From NCBI RefSeq assembly GCF_009834535.1, contig NC_045696.1, forward strand, positions 104,534,001 through 104,598,000: a stretch of DNA of 64,000 nucleotides. The letters are read 5' to 3'. This document shows positions 38,751 to 51,300 of this stretch, in pieces; within the stretch, counting starts at the first letter, position 1, and each line of letters begins with the position of its first letter. The position numbers were made by a program, and so were the translations under genes. The DNA comes from Camelus ferus (taxonomy: Eukaryota). A model generated the notes under the pieces. That model was not told the DNA's origin. It saw only the letters and a list, made by a program, of their open reading frames with translations, and made no database searches.

Positions 38751-38993
38751 GGGGTAGCGGGGAGGGATGAATTAGGAGACTGAGATTAGCAGATACTAAC
38801 TACTATATATAAAATGGATAAACAACAAGGTCCTATGGTACAGCACAGGGAACTCTATTCAAAACCTTGTAATAACCTATAACAAAAAAATACGAAAAGG
38901 AATATGTATATATATAAGTATGACTGAATCACTATGCTCTACACAAGAAACTAACACAATATTGTAAATCAATTGTACTTTGATTAAAAAAAA
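38751..38993 (+). mobile_element. Short LINE-1 3' UTR tail
   Basis: ggagggatgaattaggagactgagattagcagatactaactactatatataaaatggataaacaacaaggtcc...agcacagggaact...ttgtaaatcaattgtactt plus A tail. Confidence 0.88.
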
Positions 38994-41585
38994 GAATACA
39001 GAATACATTTTAAAAAAGTTATCAGGTCACTTAGGTTTTCCATTCTTTCTTTCATCAGTTTGAAAAGTTATATAAGAAATTTGTTTACATCAGTTAAATT
39101 TTCAAATTTACTGTCATAGTCGTTTTTAATACCATTGATTATCATTTACCATCTGATGTCCTCTCTTTTCATTCTTGCCAAAGATTATGTCTTCTTTCTT
39201 TTTAACTTGATCAACCTTAATAGAGGTTTATCAGTCTTATCAGTGTTTTCAAAGAACCGGCAAATCCAAAGACTGGCAATTAATAAAATAACCAAGAAAA
39301 AGAATAGAGAGGCTCATTTGGGCAAAAAAAAAAAAAAAAAAGGTATCCATAAAAGACAGCAAACAACACATGAGAAGTAGGCTAATGCTACAAGTGTGTT
39401 TAGTGAGTCCCCTGGGAGATCACTCTGTGACGACACACCAGGCAGAATGGGAAACTTCAGGTGGGTTGTGATGAACGGCAGTATTTGCACAGTTTAAGGA
39501 GCAGGAGGAGAACGAGGAGGAGGAGCAGGAGGAGGGAAAGGTCTAAGCAAAGGCCTGGAACAGACAGGTTGATTGACTGGGTTTCACTTGTAGGATTTAA
39601 GTTTCCAGAGTTACAGAGCAAATAAGGGCCAGATCACAAAGGGCTATGATGTGAGAGCCAGTGGGCAGGGGTTTGTGGCACATCCTGAAGGTGTCTGGCG
39701 GATGAAGGATGCAGTGGGTCCTCCCTATAGGAGGAAGAGCAGAGGGGAAAGCAGCTGGACAGGGAGACGGTTAGCAGGCAGTGGAGGCTGTCCAGGCCCA
39801 GCGACGGGGTCCAGCAGCGGGAAGGCTGCAGAGAAGATGGAGGGAAGGGTCTAGAGCCCGAGCAGTCAGGAAGGGAAAAGAGCTGGGGGCGTGGGAGATA
39901 CCCAGTCCACGAGGGAGGGCTCCAGAGACTTCTAGGAGGGATGAGTGGCCCCTTGTAGGGCTCCCGTGCTGACGGGGAGCCTCCAGCCTCTTTGCTCTGA
40001 CCCCTTTCCCGCCTGCAGATTGGGAAGACAGACTCCACCTTGTTGTTCGAAGAGGCGATTACATCTTCCCGACGCTGCTGCTGTCAGAGCCTTGCACGCA
40101 ATGGTGTATGTAGGTCAGAGTGATTGCTCCTTCGCCCTAACATCAAATTCACTCCCTCCTGAGCCAACAGTCCTGACTGCCTGTGCCCTGAGAGCTTAGA
40201 GAGCTCTTTTCCCTAAAGACGGGCTCCCCACCCTGGCTGTGCCGCCCACAGCCTGAAACAAAAAGGAAGCGAGAGATGCTTTCTGAGCTCTCAGTCTCTG
40301 ATTCCCCTGCTCAACGTGACAGACAGCACGTAAGGGAGCAGCACTCAGAACGGACCTTTTGCGGGAGCGCAGCGAAGCAGAAAGCTGATCATTTTCCATT
40401 TGAAAATGTAGTTGCTAACACTGTCTATGCTTTTATGCCTGGCGGTCACTCTAGGAGTAGGGAGGGGAAGAGGTCATATTCCCTGATGGCTGCGCTAAAC
40501 TTCTCCCAAGAAAAAGGAACAACAGTTCTAAAATTCCAATGAGATCATCTCTCATATTATCAAAATTCAAATAGTGTTATGACCACATCTGCTAGAGTTC
40601 TGCATTTTTTAAATGGATATTGTACACACTCATATTTCCTTTTATGGCTACCTATGTTAGAAAATTGCTGAGTTAAAACAGGTTTCTTAACTGCATGACT
40701 TCTCAGAGCCTTTAATATGCTAATTTGTATTGTGGATTTCCAAAAGACCTGGTGTTCCCCAGACCACGCATTCTCAGAACCACCTTTTTGCAGAGCATCT
40801 CATGAAACTGGAGCTTCACGGGGAACCTTTAGGGAAGATTGGATTTCATCCTGGAAACTATGAGGAGCATGATGGCTGGGGACAAAGGCATGTGTGTTTA
40901 CGTGTGGAATTCCAGGCAGAGCAATAGTAATTTGAGTTCCTGTTATTCCCTCCCCACTCTGGATTTCCCGGGCTGGGGACATCCCCACCTGCTGCACCCT
41001 CTTCTCCAGATTCATCCTGCACCCTTGCAGCTGCTCCTGCTCCACTCAGATCCCCCGTTTACAAACTCTGCTGACATGCAGCAGTCACCCTCTCTGGCCA
41101 CCCAAGGCCCACCACAGAGCAGCAGTGTATTACAAGAGCTCCATGTCAGCCCAGGAAGGGTGAGATGGATGTCACGGGTGTCCATCTAGAGTTAGAAGAG
41201 GACAGCATGCACACTGACCGGCAGTGCCACTGTTTAATGTGAAGCTCCCTGGCCCCAGGTTGGCTGAGCGTATGATACTCAGCCAAGGTACCAGAACTGT
41301 TTTGATGGAGAAACCTCCAAATGAATGAATGTGCAGCCCTAGGCGAGTCCTATAATCTACTGAGTTACAGTTATTCAGCTGACAGTAAAGGTAGAATTTC
41401 CTTCTCAGGCTTTCTTTAGGAAGGATCACATTGGGTGATGGACGTTGAGGCTCTAGTCTGAGCTTAGACTGGACTCGACATGCTGAGATGTAGGAGGCCC
41501 ACTGGAGGGCAGGTATCGGGGATGCTTTGCAAGAAGGTTCCAGGGTAGCCTCTTGGCAGCCCCCATGCAAGTCAGGCTTGGATAC

Positions 41586-42000
41586 TGTATTTGTTTGCCC
41601 AGGTTGTACCACAAACCGGGTGACTTAAACAACAGAAATTTAGTCTCGCCATTCTGGAAGCTAGATGGCTGACAGCAAGATGTTGGCAGAGTTGGTTTCT
41701 TCTGAGGATTGTGAGAGAGACTCTGCCCATCCCTCTCTCTGAGCTTTTGCTGCTTTGAGGGCATCACCCCATCTCTGCCTTCACCTTCATGTGGTGTTCT
41801 CCCTGTGCGCATGTCTGTGTCCGAAGTTCCCCTTCTTATAAGGACACCAGTCCTATTGGACTAGGGGCTCACCCTACTCCAGTATGGCCTCATCTTAACT
41901 CATCATATCAGCAAAGGCCCTATCCCCACATAAGCCACTGAGGGACTAGGAATTAGGGCTTCAGTAAAAGCATTTTGGAGGGGCACAATTCAACACCATC
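41586..42000 (-). mobile_element. MLT1 (ERVL-MaLR) solo LTR
   Basis: ccacaaaccgggtgacttaaacaacagaaattt...ttataaggacaccagtcctattggactagggg...ggcacaattcaac is antisense MLT1B/C-like sequence. Confidence 0.9.
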
Positions 42001-42312
42001 GGGGGAAATGTGGGATGACCCCGTAAGTTCATACAACACCTGGGAACTGCAGCACTTGGCGTGGTCTGCAGCCTGCACCCTGCCGGTGCTGCTAACAGCC
42101 TGCATGTTGTGAACATGTACGTTGATGGTATGTTACCAGTTACTGGTGTGGAAGTCCCATTCACACCAAAGATTGACGAGGCCTGGGGAAACTAGCTTAT
42201 GTACAAAATGCCTGACATGTGTCTGGTCCTTAGTGTGTGACTGTGCTTTTTCTCCCACCCCATAACTCCCCATGTTCCAGCTGAGCAAGTTTTCTTCTGA
42301 ATCCTCTGTAGA

Positions 42313-42438
42313 TTTGGGGGGGGGGTAATTAGGTTTGTTTGTTTGTTTATTTATTTATTTTTAGAGGAGGTACTGGGGATTGAACCCAGAATCTTGCACA
42401 TGCTAAGCATGTGCTCTATCACTTGAACTATATCCTCC
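42313..42438 (-). mobile_element. tRNA-Ala-derived SINE (camelid Vic-1-like), long form
   Basis: Minus strand ggaggatatagttcaagtgatagagcacatgcttagcatgtgcaagattctgggttcaatccccagtacctcc, then (TAAA/CAAA)n and cctaattacccccc. Confidence 0.88.
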
Positions 42439-43929
42439 TTTACTATACATTTTTTTGCAGCAACCTTCCAGAGCCAGGTCTCCCAGACCCAGCCACTCCT
42501 GATTTCAAAGCTCAACCCACATACTTCCTGTGGCTGAACCCCTTTGCTTCCCAAACCCCTGTCAGATCGCTGCCTCCAAAGGTACCTTCTGGGACTCCTA
42601 GAGGGACCACTGTGCCTGGCCCCCTCTATCTTTTAGCAGCCTCGGTGCCAGGGGAATTGCGGGGTGAAATATGTCACCTCTGAGAAGTGAGAAAATTCCT
42701 GCAGAAGGTGTTTGCCAGAAAGACAGCAAAAGGTGTTGTTTTCACTTAGCAGGTGTTTAAATTTTTATGAGACGCACAGACTTGTGGAGATCACTAACTT
42801 TCAGATGGGTGTTTGAGATCTAGAGTCACCACACTTTCCCCGCCAAGTCGCTGGAGGTGGTCTGGTACATGTGTTTGGTTGGACTGGAATGGTACTGGGG
42901 TTCTGGTGGAAGAAATAGCATGCGTTTACAGGTCCAGCATGGCCCTGGCTGGGAGCAGGCATCAGAAAAAGTCATTCAGCTCCCAGAAATCAACTCAGCT
43001 TTGAAATGTGTATTTATTCTTCTGTAAGCGTTAATGACACTCTTTTTTCAGCTATGTGTCCTTCCCGCTTGAGCTCGACTCCAGACAGCCCAGGGTGAAG
43101 GCATGCTAAATAAATACATTTCTCTCAGGCTAGTGGAGTTATACAGGGATCTCTTTTTTTTTCTTCAAACCTAACGCAACAACCATATTCTAGAACTACA
43201 AAATTGGTACCAAGCCAGGTCATAAGTTTTCCATGACAGTTCCTTCCCTCCCTTTCTGCTTTCCTCCCATAAGCGTACACTGGGCATCTGCCATGTGCCA
43301 GGCACTGTGTTGGGTGAAGGATACAGAGCAAGCACCAAGGTCTGGTGGGGCAGGCAGAGCCCCCAGACTTTCAATCCAGGATTGTATTTCCGTCCCCTGA
43401 TTATTGACCTTAAGAAGTCAGACTTCCTTGAGACCAGCGATTCTCCACCTTGACTGCCCGTAAGAATCACCAGGGGAGATTTTATCTACCCTGGTCCCAG
43501 GCCTCCCCTGAGAGCAGCTGAATCAGACTGCATTTTAACACGGAGCCAGGGCCACCCAAGGGCCCCTTTAGATAATCTGTTCACACATCCTGTCCCTGTC
43601 ACTCACCTTGGTTAGTTCCCATGACCGACAGGGGTGTTTCTGGACAAGATATGGAAGTCAACCCTCCTGGAAGACATGATCCCACAATCCTAGGGCAGTC
43701 ATCCTTATTCATTCCCAGGGTAAGTATGCAATTTCACATTTTGACACACGAGACACACCGGTAACATAAAATGACCCCCAGAAACGACTTACAGGGGCCA
43801 GGTGCTACTCAGGTGAGGCATGTGTGTCCATCTACATACAGCCTTGATCTTCCACCGTCTGCAGTTGAGGATTTCAACTCCTGGTAACACCAGGCTGGGT
43901 AACAGAAGTGATGAAGCAGGCCGAGTTTA

Positions 43930-44400
43930 CGGATGACTGGCGGCAATGGGAGTTTGGCCATGGGAGCGCAGATGCTGGGTACAAAGTGGGTGGGCTCCCA
44001 CAGACTGTGGCCAAGCAGAAGTTGAGGACCCAGGTCAGCATCTTCGGATGCTTTTGCGGGTTTTTATGAGAAATCTCCAGATTTTCAAATATTAAAAGCC
44101 AATCGATTTTTTAATATATTAAAAACAAGCAAGCGGGGTGAGGGGATAGCTCAGTGGTAGAGCGCATGCCTAGCATGCCTGAGGTCCTGGGTTCAATCCC
44201 TAGCACATTCAGTAAAAAAAAATGAGTAACCTAATTACCTCCCCTCAAATATGATGAATAAAAAATAAATACTTTTTTTAAAAGATGGACAAAACAATTA
44301 AAAAATAAAATAAATTTAAAAAAAAAGCAAAAAAACACAGTGGGCAATGCAAGTCAGAAGTCAGACACGTGAGCAGATTCGGTTTCCGGACCAAAAGGAC
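43930..44400 (-). mobile_element. MER102-like hAT-Charlie remnant interrupted by a younger SINE
   Basis: ttttatgagaaatctccagattttcaaatatt left of the SINE and aaaacacagtgggc...acacgtgagcagattcgg right of it resemble antisense MER102. Confidence 0.5.
44135..44325 (+). mobile_element. tRNA-Ala-derived SINE (camelid Vic-1-like), long form
   Basis: ggggatagctcagtggtagagcgcatgcctagcatgcctgaggtcctgggttcaatccc with intact A and B boxes, then A run, cctaattacctcccc and A-rich tail. Confidence 0.9.
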
Positions 44401-45884
44401 AGCAAGTGCACTGGCCAAGCAGGGCCCTGTCCATGAGCAGGCTGTCCGTGGTGAATCACCGCTGTTAGCTTCTTCTGGCCCCAGGTTTAATCAGTGATGT
44501 TAGCGGCAGGAAAGCCCGTTACGTAGTGTCCCTCTGCTGCCTGCTATGAAATGCAGGTATGAGGTTCACGGAGACCCGTGACATGCAGATCTCTCCCACT
44601 GACTCGGTGCTGACTTATAATGGCAGCAGGTGAATGTTACAATAGACAGCCAAAGAGGAAGTGATAACAGGTGAAGTGCCTAGAATCCAACTGATGGATT
44701 TGCTAATTCTTCTTCCTCATCTCAGCGACTGGCCTTAGATGCTGCCGGGTAACAGAGCAGCCAGGACCTCACCAGAAATTCATTGGTTTACTTAAAAACC
44801 ACTGTTACACAACCTCTGCTTGAGGCGGACACTGTGACCCAGGAGGGATGGTGGTCCTGGCCCTCAAGGTCCACACTGTCCTAGAGGAGGAAGATAACTG
44901 TCCTTTTAAACGCCTCCATCATGAGCTGGCTGTGAGGGAGGCGGGCTAACCCGGTTATGGTAGAGGAAAGCTTCATCTCTCTTTCTTTCTAACTACTTTT
45001 TCAGATTGTTTTCATTAAAAGGTTGTATGGGACACTGGAAGAAAATCAATGAATGATGGAGCTATTAAAAAATCTGAAATTTTCTCAGCACACGAATAGC
45101 AGGCAGTGGACACTCGGGAGAGAGGGCAACTTCTCTGCTCTCTCGGTCCAGGCAAGACAGAGGGAGGGAGGGCAGAGGCAGAACTTACAGACCTGGGTCT
45201 GTCTGGGTGCTGGTATGGCTTTTTGGGCCCAGATAGGAGTAATGACATCCCTGGGAACGCGCTGTGTCCAAGTCCTGCACTCAGACCTGACAAGCTGACC
45301 TAATTCACTGAACATCCTAGGAGGTGGTTACACCATTCCAGTTTGACAAATAAGGAGGGTGAGTTTCCCGGGGCAACGCATTTACTAAGTGATAGAGCCA
45401 GGGTTGGGGTGAGAACTTCAGGAGTTTTGTGCATTAAAAATTTAAAAAGGCACTCACAACCTTCCCAATCCAAAATATAAATAACACAAAACGTTGACAC
45501 AAAACTAATGCAGATGATGGAAGTCAAATAGTTCCTAAGTTTTATAATTCTGAAGTTCTGGGGGCATTTCTCTGAAGGGGACCTTTTCTCCCTTTTGTGT
45601 GTCCCCCTCCTTTGCTGGTGCCTAAAGCACCCGTCAGTGTCCTTGCTGGGTCACCCGGCCCTAGGTGAGAAGGCTGGAATCTGGGTGGTGGGCTAGGCAC
45701 CCATGATCTTATCCACCAGGCTCACTGCCAGGCCACCACGGCAAGCACTCCTTTGAGTGCAGGGTGGCCTAGAATATTTCTGCCTGGCTGCGAGTGACCA
45801 CAGCAGTCATGTGAGTTTGGCATTGCCTTCCCTCCTGCAGACCCTGCCCAGGCCCCACTCACCATGGGCATTTTCTACTCCAGA

Positions 45885-46215
45885 CACCCAACCTTTGACA
45901 TCATGATGGCTCAGTAATTCAGGATCACCCAAAGTGGGTGATGCTCTTTCTGAAGAATCATCAGAAGGTCAGTTGTAGCTACGTCACAATGCCTACGTCA
46001 TTCATTACACTTCATCTCATCACATGGGCATTTTATCACCTCACACCATCACAAGAAGGAGGGTGAGTATAGTACAGTAAGATATTTTGAGAGAGAGAGA
46101 GATAGAGACCATATTCACATAACTTTCATTACAGTATATTGTTATAATTGTTCTATTTCATTATGAGTTATTTTTGTCACTCATATTATGCCTAATTTAT
46201 AGATCAAACTTTACA
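45885..46215 (-). mobile_element. MER44/Tigger7-family DNA transposon fragment
   Basis: ctacgtcacaatgcctacgtcattc...catcacaagaaggagggtgagtatagtacagtaagatattttgagagagag...ttcacataactttcattacagtatattgttataattgttctattt matches recalled MER44 antisense. Confidence 0.85.
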
Positions 46216-46224
46216 TATACTCTG

Positions 46225-48330
46225 CATTCAAAGCCTTTATCAAACTTATGATTTGCAAATAATTTCTCAAAGTCTATGGCCTGTCTTTTCATATTCTTAA
46301 TGATGTCTTTTGAAGCACAGAAGTTTTTAATTTTGATGAAGTCCAATTTATCCATTTTTTTCCATGGGTCATGCTTCTAGTGTCATATCTAAGAATTCCT
46401 TGCCCAGTTTAAGTTCATGAAGAATTTCTCCTGATTTCGTCTAAAGGTTGATAGTTTTACCTCTTACATTTAAGTTAATTAGTGATCTATTTTGACTTAA
46501 GTTTTAGTGTATATTGTGAAGTGAGCCTATATTCATCATTTTGCATGAAGATATCCAACTTTCCTAGCACCATCTGCTGAAGAGACAACCTTTTCCCCCA
46601 CTGAATTAACATGGTGTCTGTGTTGAAAATCACTTGATACAAATGTAAGGGCTTATTTCCAGACTCTCAATTTTGTTCCATTGACTTATATTCCTACCCT
46701 CCCATCAATTCCACCCCTACAACTCCAGCTTTGATTACTGTAGATTTAGGATAAGTTTTGAAATCACAAAGTCTAGGTCTTCCAACTCTGTTCTTCCTTT
46801 TCAAAATTGTTTTGGCTATTCTGGGTCCTTTGCATTTCCAGGACTAGCTTGTCAATTTCTGCAGAAACGTCTGCTGAAATTTTGAAAGGGATTACACTGA
46901 ATACATGGACCATTTGTGGAGAATTGTCACTATAATAATAGTGATCTCCCAATCCATGAACTTGGAATATCTTTCCATTTATTTAGATATTTCTTATTTT
47001 CTTCTCATCAATATTTTTTATAATTTTCAGTGAACAAATCTAGCACTCCTTTTGTTAAATTTGTTCCTAGGCATTTTATTATTTTTGATGCTATTTAAAT
47101 GGACTTGTTCTCTTAATTTCATTTTTGGATTGTTCATTGCTAGTATATAAAAATACAATTGATTTTTTATATTGATCGTGTATCTGTGACTTGCTAAACT
47201 TGCTCATTAGTTCTAATAGAACTTTATTGATTCTGTAGGGTTTTCTACATCCAGGTTCATGTCGTCTGTGTATAAAGACGATTTTTACTTCTTTTCCAAT
47301 CAGAATGTCTTTAATATCTTTTTGTTGTTGTTGTCTTATTTAATAGACTTAGAAACATCAGTTCAATGTTTCATAGAAGTACTGAGAAGTGGACATTCTT
47401 ACCTTACTTCTATTTTATGGGGAAAGCTTTCAGTCTTTCATCATTAAATATAATATTAGCTGTAGATTTTGTGTGTGTGTGAATTTCCTTTATTTGGTCC
47501 AAGAAGTTTCTCTATTTTTAGTTCGAGTGGGTGTTGAATTTTTTTTCACATGCTTTTTTGATATCTATTAAGATGGTCATATGATTTTTGTCCTTGCTAA
47601 TTTTGCCCATTCTAAAAAGATGGTGTAGGGCTTTCTCACTCCCTCCTCTTCGGAGATGGCCCACACTCTGTCTATGGAGTGTGTATCTACTTTTACTTTA
47701 ACCTGAGCACCCTACCCCCTACACCTCATGGCCTTTCTATTGCCTTCTGAAACAGCCTACACTCTATGCAGTATGTATCTCTCTAAATAAATATAACTTT
47801 ACTCAAAAATAAATAAATAAATAAATACATAAATAAATAAATAAAAAGATGGTGCAGTACATTAATTGATTTTTGTTTGTTAACCTGGCCTTTGATTCCT
47901 CAGACAAATTCCACTTGATCATGATGTACAATCTTTTTAGTATATTACTGTATTTGATTTGTCAGTATTTTGAGAATTTTTGCATCTATGTTCACAAGAG
48001 ACGTCGGTCTGTAGTCTTCTAACGATGTCTTTATTTGACTTTGGTACCAGGATAATACTGGCCTCATAAAATGAATTAGGTAATTCCTCCTCCTTTAGTT
48101 CCTGAAGCGTTTGTGAAGGATTGGTGTTATTTCTTCTTTAAATATGTGACAGAATTCACCTGGGCTTTCTTTGTGGGAAGATTTTTAATTATTAATTCAG
48201 TTTATTTGCTTGTTATAAGTCTATCCAGACTTTCTATGTCTTTTTGAGCCAGTTTTCATTATATCTTTTTAGGGATTTTTTTCCCCCATCATTGAAGTTG
48301 TCTAGTTTATTAGCACAAACTTGTTTACAA
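46225..48330 (-). mobile_element. Ancient LINE-1 ORF2 fragment (L1M-type), interrupted at 47629-47841
   Basis: T-rich antisense ORF2 hallmarks: gaagtttttaattttgatgaagtccaatttatc, ttcaaaattgttttggctattctgggtcctttgcatttcca, gatttgtcagtattttgagaatttttgcatctatgttca. Confidence 0.9.
47629..47841 (+). mobile_element. Unidentified retroposed insert (LTR-like 3' end) with poly(A) signal, (TAAA)n tail and 16-bp TSD
   Basis: TSD taaaaagatggtgtag (47613-47628) and taaaaagatggtgcag (47842-47857). AATAAA at 47786-47791; tail from 47805. Confidence 0.85.
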
Positions 48331-51300
48331 TATTCCCCCAGTTTGTTGTTTGGTTTTGGTCAATTTTTAGCGCCTGGAAATAATGGGATATATATATATA
48401 TACATAAATAAATGTTTTATTGTCCTTTTTTGAGGAGAGTGTTTACCAAGCTCCTCACTCCACTATTCCATAAGTCACACCCTTCTCTCCTGGCTCTGAT
48501 ACCATATCCTCATTTCTCAGTGGAGGACTTGGTGTGGGTGACTACGTCAAACATCTGAGTTTCTATTCAAATGTCAGCTCCTCTGAGAGGCCTCTCCTGG
48601 TCACTCTCCTCTCAAATGCCTCTTCACCTCCCCCTCCCCCCAGCACTTATGATCACTCAGCCAGCTGTAATTTACCCCAGCACTAATCACTGTCAGAATT
48701 TATTCTATTTATTTGGTCATTTTCTAGTTGTTTGAGGTCTGTTTTTTGCTCCATGCCTCCCGCAAGCCTCCCTGCCCAAACATCCGTGCCAGGAGATCAG
48801 AGGCTGCCCTCAACTCTACCTCCAGCGGCACAGCACATTGAGGAGCCTGACAGACACCTGCTGATGCGTGCGGGGATGGAGGAATAAAGAAAGGATGGGC
48901 TACGGGAGGAGGAAGGCTTCAGACCTGGGCCACTTGATTTCCAGACCCTGGTTTTCTGGTCCTCTGTTCTTCCTTCCTAAATTATAAATATGTTCCCAGG
49001 GAATGGGGAAAACTAATGTGCACAGAGCTGTACTGACCAGGAGAGGTATTAGACATTTACTGCACATTTTTAAGCCTCCCTTGCAGTTAGGTTGGGGCCA
49101 AGTGACTAGTTCTGGCCAGTAGAACAGAACTGGAAGTGAGCATGTTCTAGCTCGACGGTCATAACTCAGAAAGAAGATAGGTATTTAAAGATGAGGCAGC
49201 CGAGTGACCAGAGGTTAAGCAATGTGACTAGACTCACCCAACCAATAAGAAGCGAAGCCAGCCTTCTTTTTAAACCTAGTTTAGTTTGAGACCCTTCTGC
49301 ATTTTCATTATTCCAAGCAACCTACATGGGAGTAATTATGTCATTAAGTTATTATAAACAATTAACACCATAAATGGTTTATTGTGAGTTAGGCAGAGAG
49401 TCAAAAGCACCATTTCTTCTTCCTTTTCCTTCCTTAATGTGAATACACATAATGTTTAGCATCAGCACAGCCCTGGCTAACTATCAAAATGATTTTTACA
49501 GTGACTTAATTAAAATTTAGGACAGAAGAGCTAGTTGAGTGCAGAAATGGCTTCATTAGATGATGTTCGTGGTTTACATTTAAGCCTCTGCTTGGGCACT
49601 TCAAATGCTTTTGTTCATTCACTCAATCACTTACTCACTCACCCACCAAACATTTTTTCTGGTTTGACTTCCTCAATCAGGGGATGCAGAGATGAGGACA
49701 CTCAGCCTCTTCCCTGAAGGGCTGAGTCCAGAGGTTGAGCGGAAAGAACAATGGGCTGCTTTTTCCCACAAACACTGGCAGATAAACAGACATCTCCCGC
49801 CTCTGCATGAATTCTCAGGGCTGCATTCACAGCCGATGTAGTGGGGTGACTGCAGACTTGGAGATGACATCTTTGATTGACATGATCGTTGCTCTTGGCT
49901 AGATGCCTGGATGTCAGGTTTGATGGCCAGCGCTGCCTGGGAGGGCCATTTGGCTGCAGCCTCTGCACTTGGGTTTTTTCCTGCTTCCTGGGGACTGCCT
50001 CCGTGTGTGCCTACGCAGGGAGCCCCACTACACCCGGACTCACTGCATCAGCGCCTACAAAACCAAGGGCCTGACCAACGAACTTCTCCCTTCCCAGGTA
50101 CACAGCGTCTGTGGCATTTAAAACCACCCATGCCAGCCCCAGACTAACAGGGAAATACGGGAGTTGGGGGATTGGAGTGAGGGCGTGGGAGGTGAAGGTG
50201 GCGGATTGATACCTCTTCTTCTTAAAAAGCTTTAGGGCACAGCAACCAGCTGTCAGGTATGGGAACTAGAATAATATTAGTCTAGAATAATCTTTTGGGT
50301 CCCTTCCAGCTCTGTTTCAAGGTTCGAATATGCGAGACATGATCTAAGAAAAGGTCACAGTCTCGAATCATTTCCATGGCTGAAGGGCATTCCTAAAGCC
50401 CTGCCTTTGGCATTGCCTTCTGTTTTCCTAAGTGCTTTCATATTCATTAAGGGAATGATCTTAAATACTAATAATACAGGAAGATAGGTTTTTATTTTTA
50501 GGCACTTTACAGATGAAAAATTTAACAGATTAAAACATTGCCCTCAAAAGGACAGTTCAGAGTCTCTTCTAAGGTCACCAGTTGTTTAGCCACATACTGG
50601 GACCAGAACCCAGCCAGGCCATGGGCCCCCAGCCCAGAGCAGGCTCTAGGAGCTCTCATTGCTCCTTAAATCCAGGAAGCTTTTGGAAAGTTTTACCAAG
50701 AGGAGGTAGAAGGCGTTGGCCATGTCTCCCCGACATTGTGAGAGACCGGGGAGCCAGGCTTCACAGGATCCGGAGTGGAGAAGCACCTTTGATGGGCCAC
50801 CTTCTGACTCAGCACGGGGAGCTCCTGTGGTCTGATGCCAGCCCTCAGGTCTGATGGGGAACCAAAGACATCTTAACCCCGATGCCAATGTGGCAAGAGC
50901 AGCCTCCCTCAGTGTCAGCCTGGCTCATGCAGTAACAGGAAGAGACATTCTCTCTAGGGCACTTCATACTTAACCCCTTGCTACTGGCTAATGGGCTGTC
51001 AGCATCCATAAAAAAAAGCCGTCATTTCTGCCATGTAATCCAGAAATGCATTATACTTTCCTCAGTATTAAGTCACCAAGGCTGGTCAGCTCAGTCCTGG
51101 ATTTAATGGCTCAGACAGCGAAGTCAGAGCTCCTGGGGCACCCTGGTGACCCTTGGCCAGGCTGAAAATGATGACCCCAAACCACAGTCCTCTGTGTTCT
51201 ACATGATACAGTTCAGGTCCCAAATATCCCCTTTTCCAGATCTCATTCTAAAGGCACGTGGAGAAAGTACAAAATGAGATTGAGCACAGAATCTCCACTA

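Noticed and set aside
44037..44055. Hairpin agcatc-TTCG-gatgct followed by Ts, resembling a bacterial intrinsic terminator
   Set aside because: A 6-bp stem in a mammalian intron, within a probable MER102 remnant, with no bacterial-like genes nearby. Expected by chance.
44139..44212. Apparent tRNA-Ala(AGC) gene
   Set aside because: The acceptor stem does not pair, the anticodon stem has a mismatch, and the SINE tail follows. It is one of four related dispersed copies, so it is a SINE.
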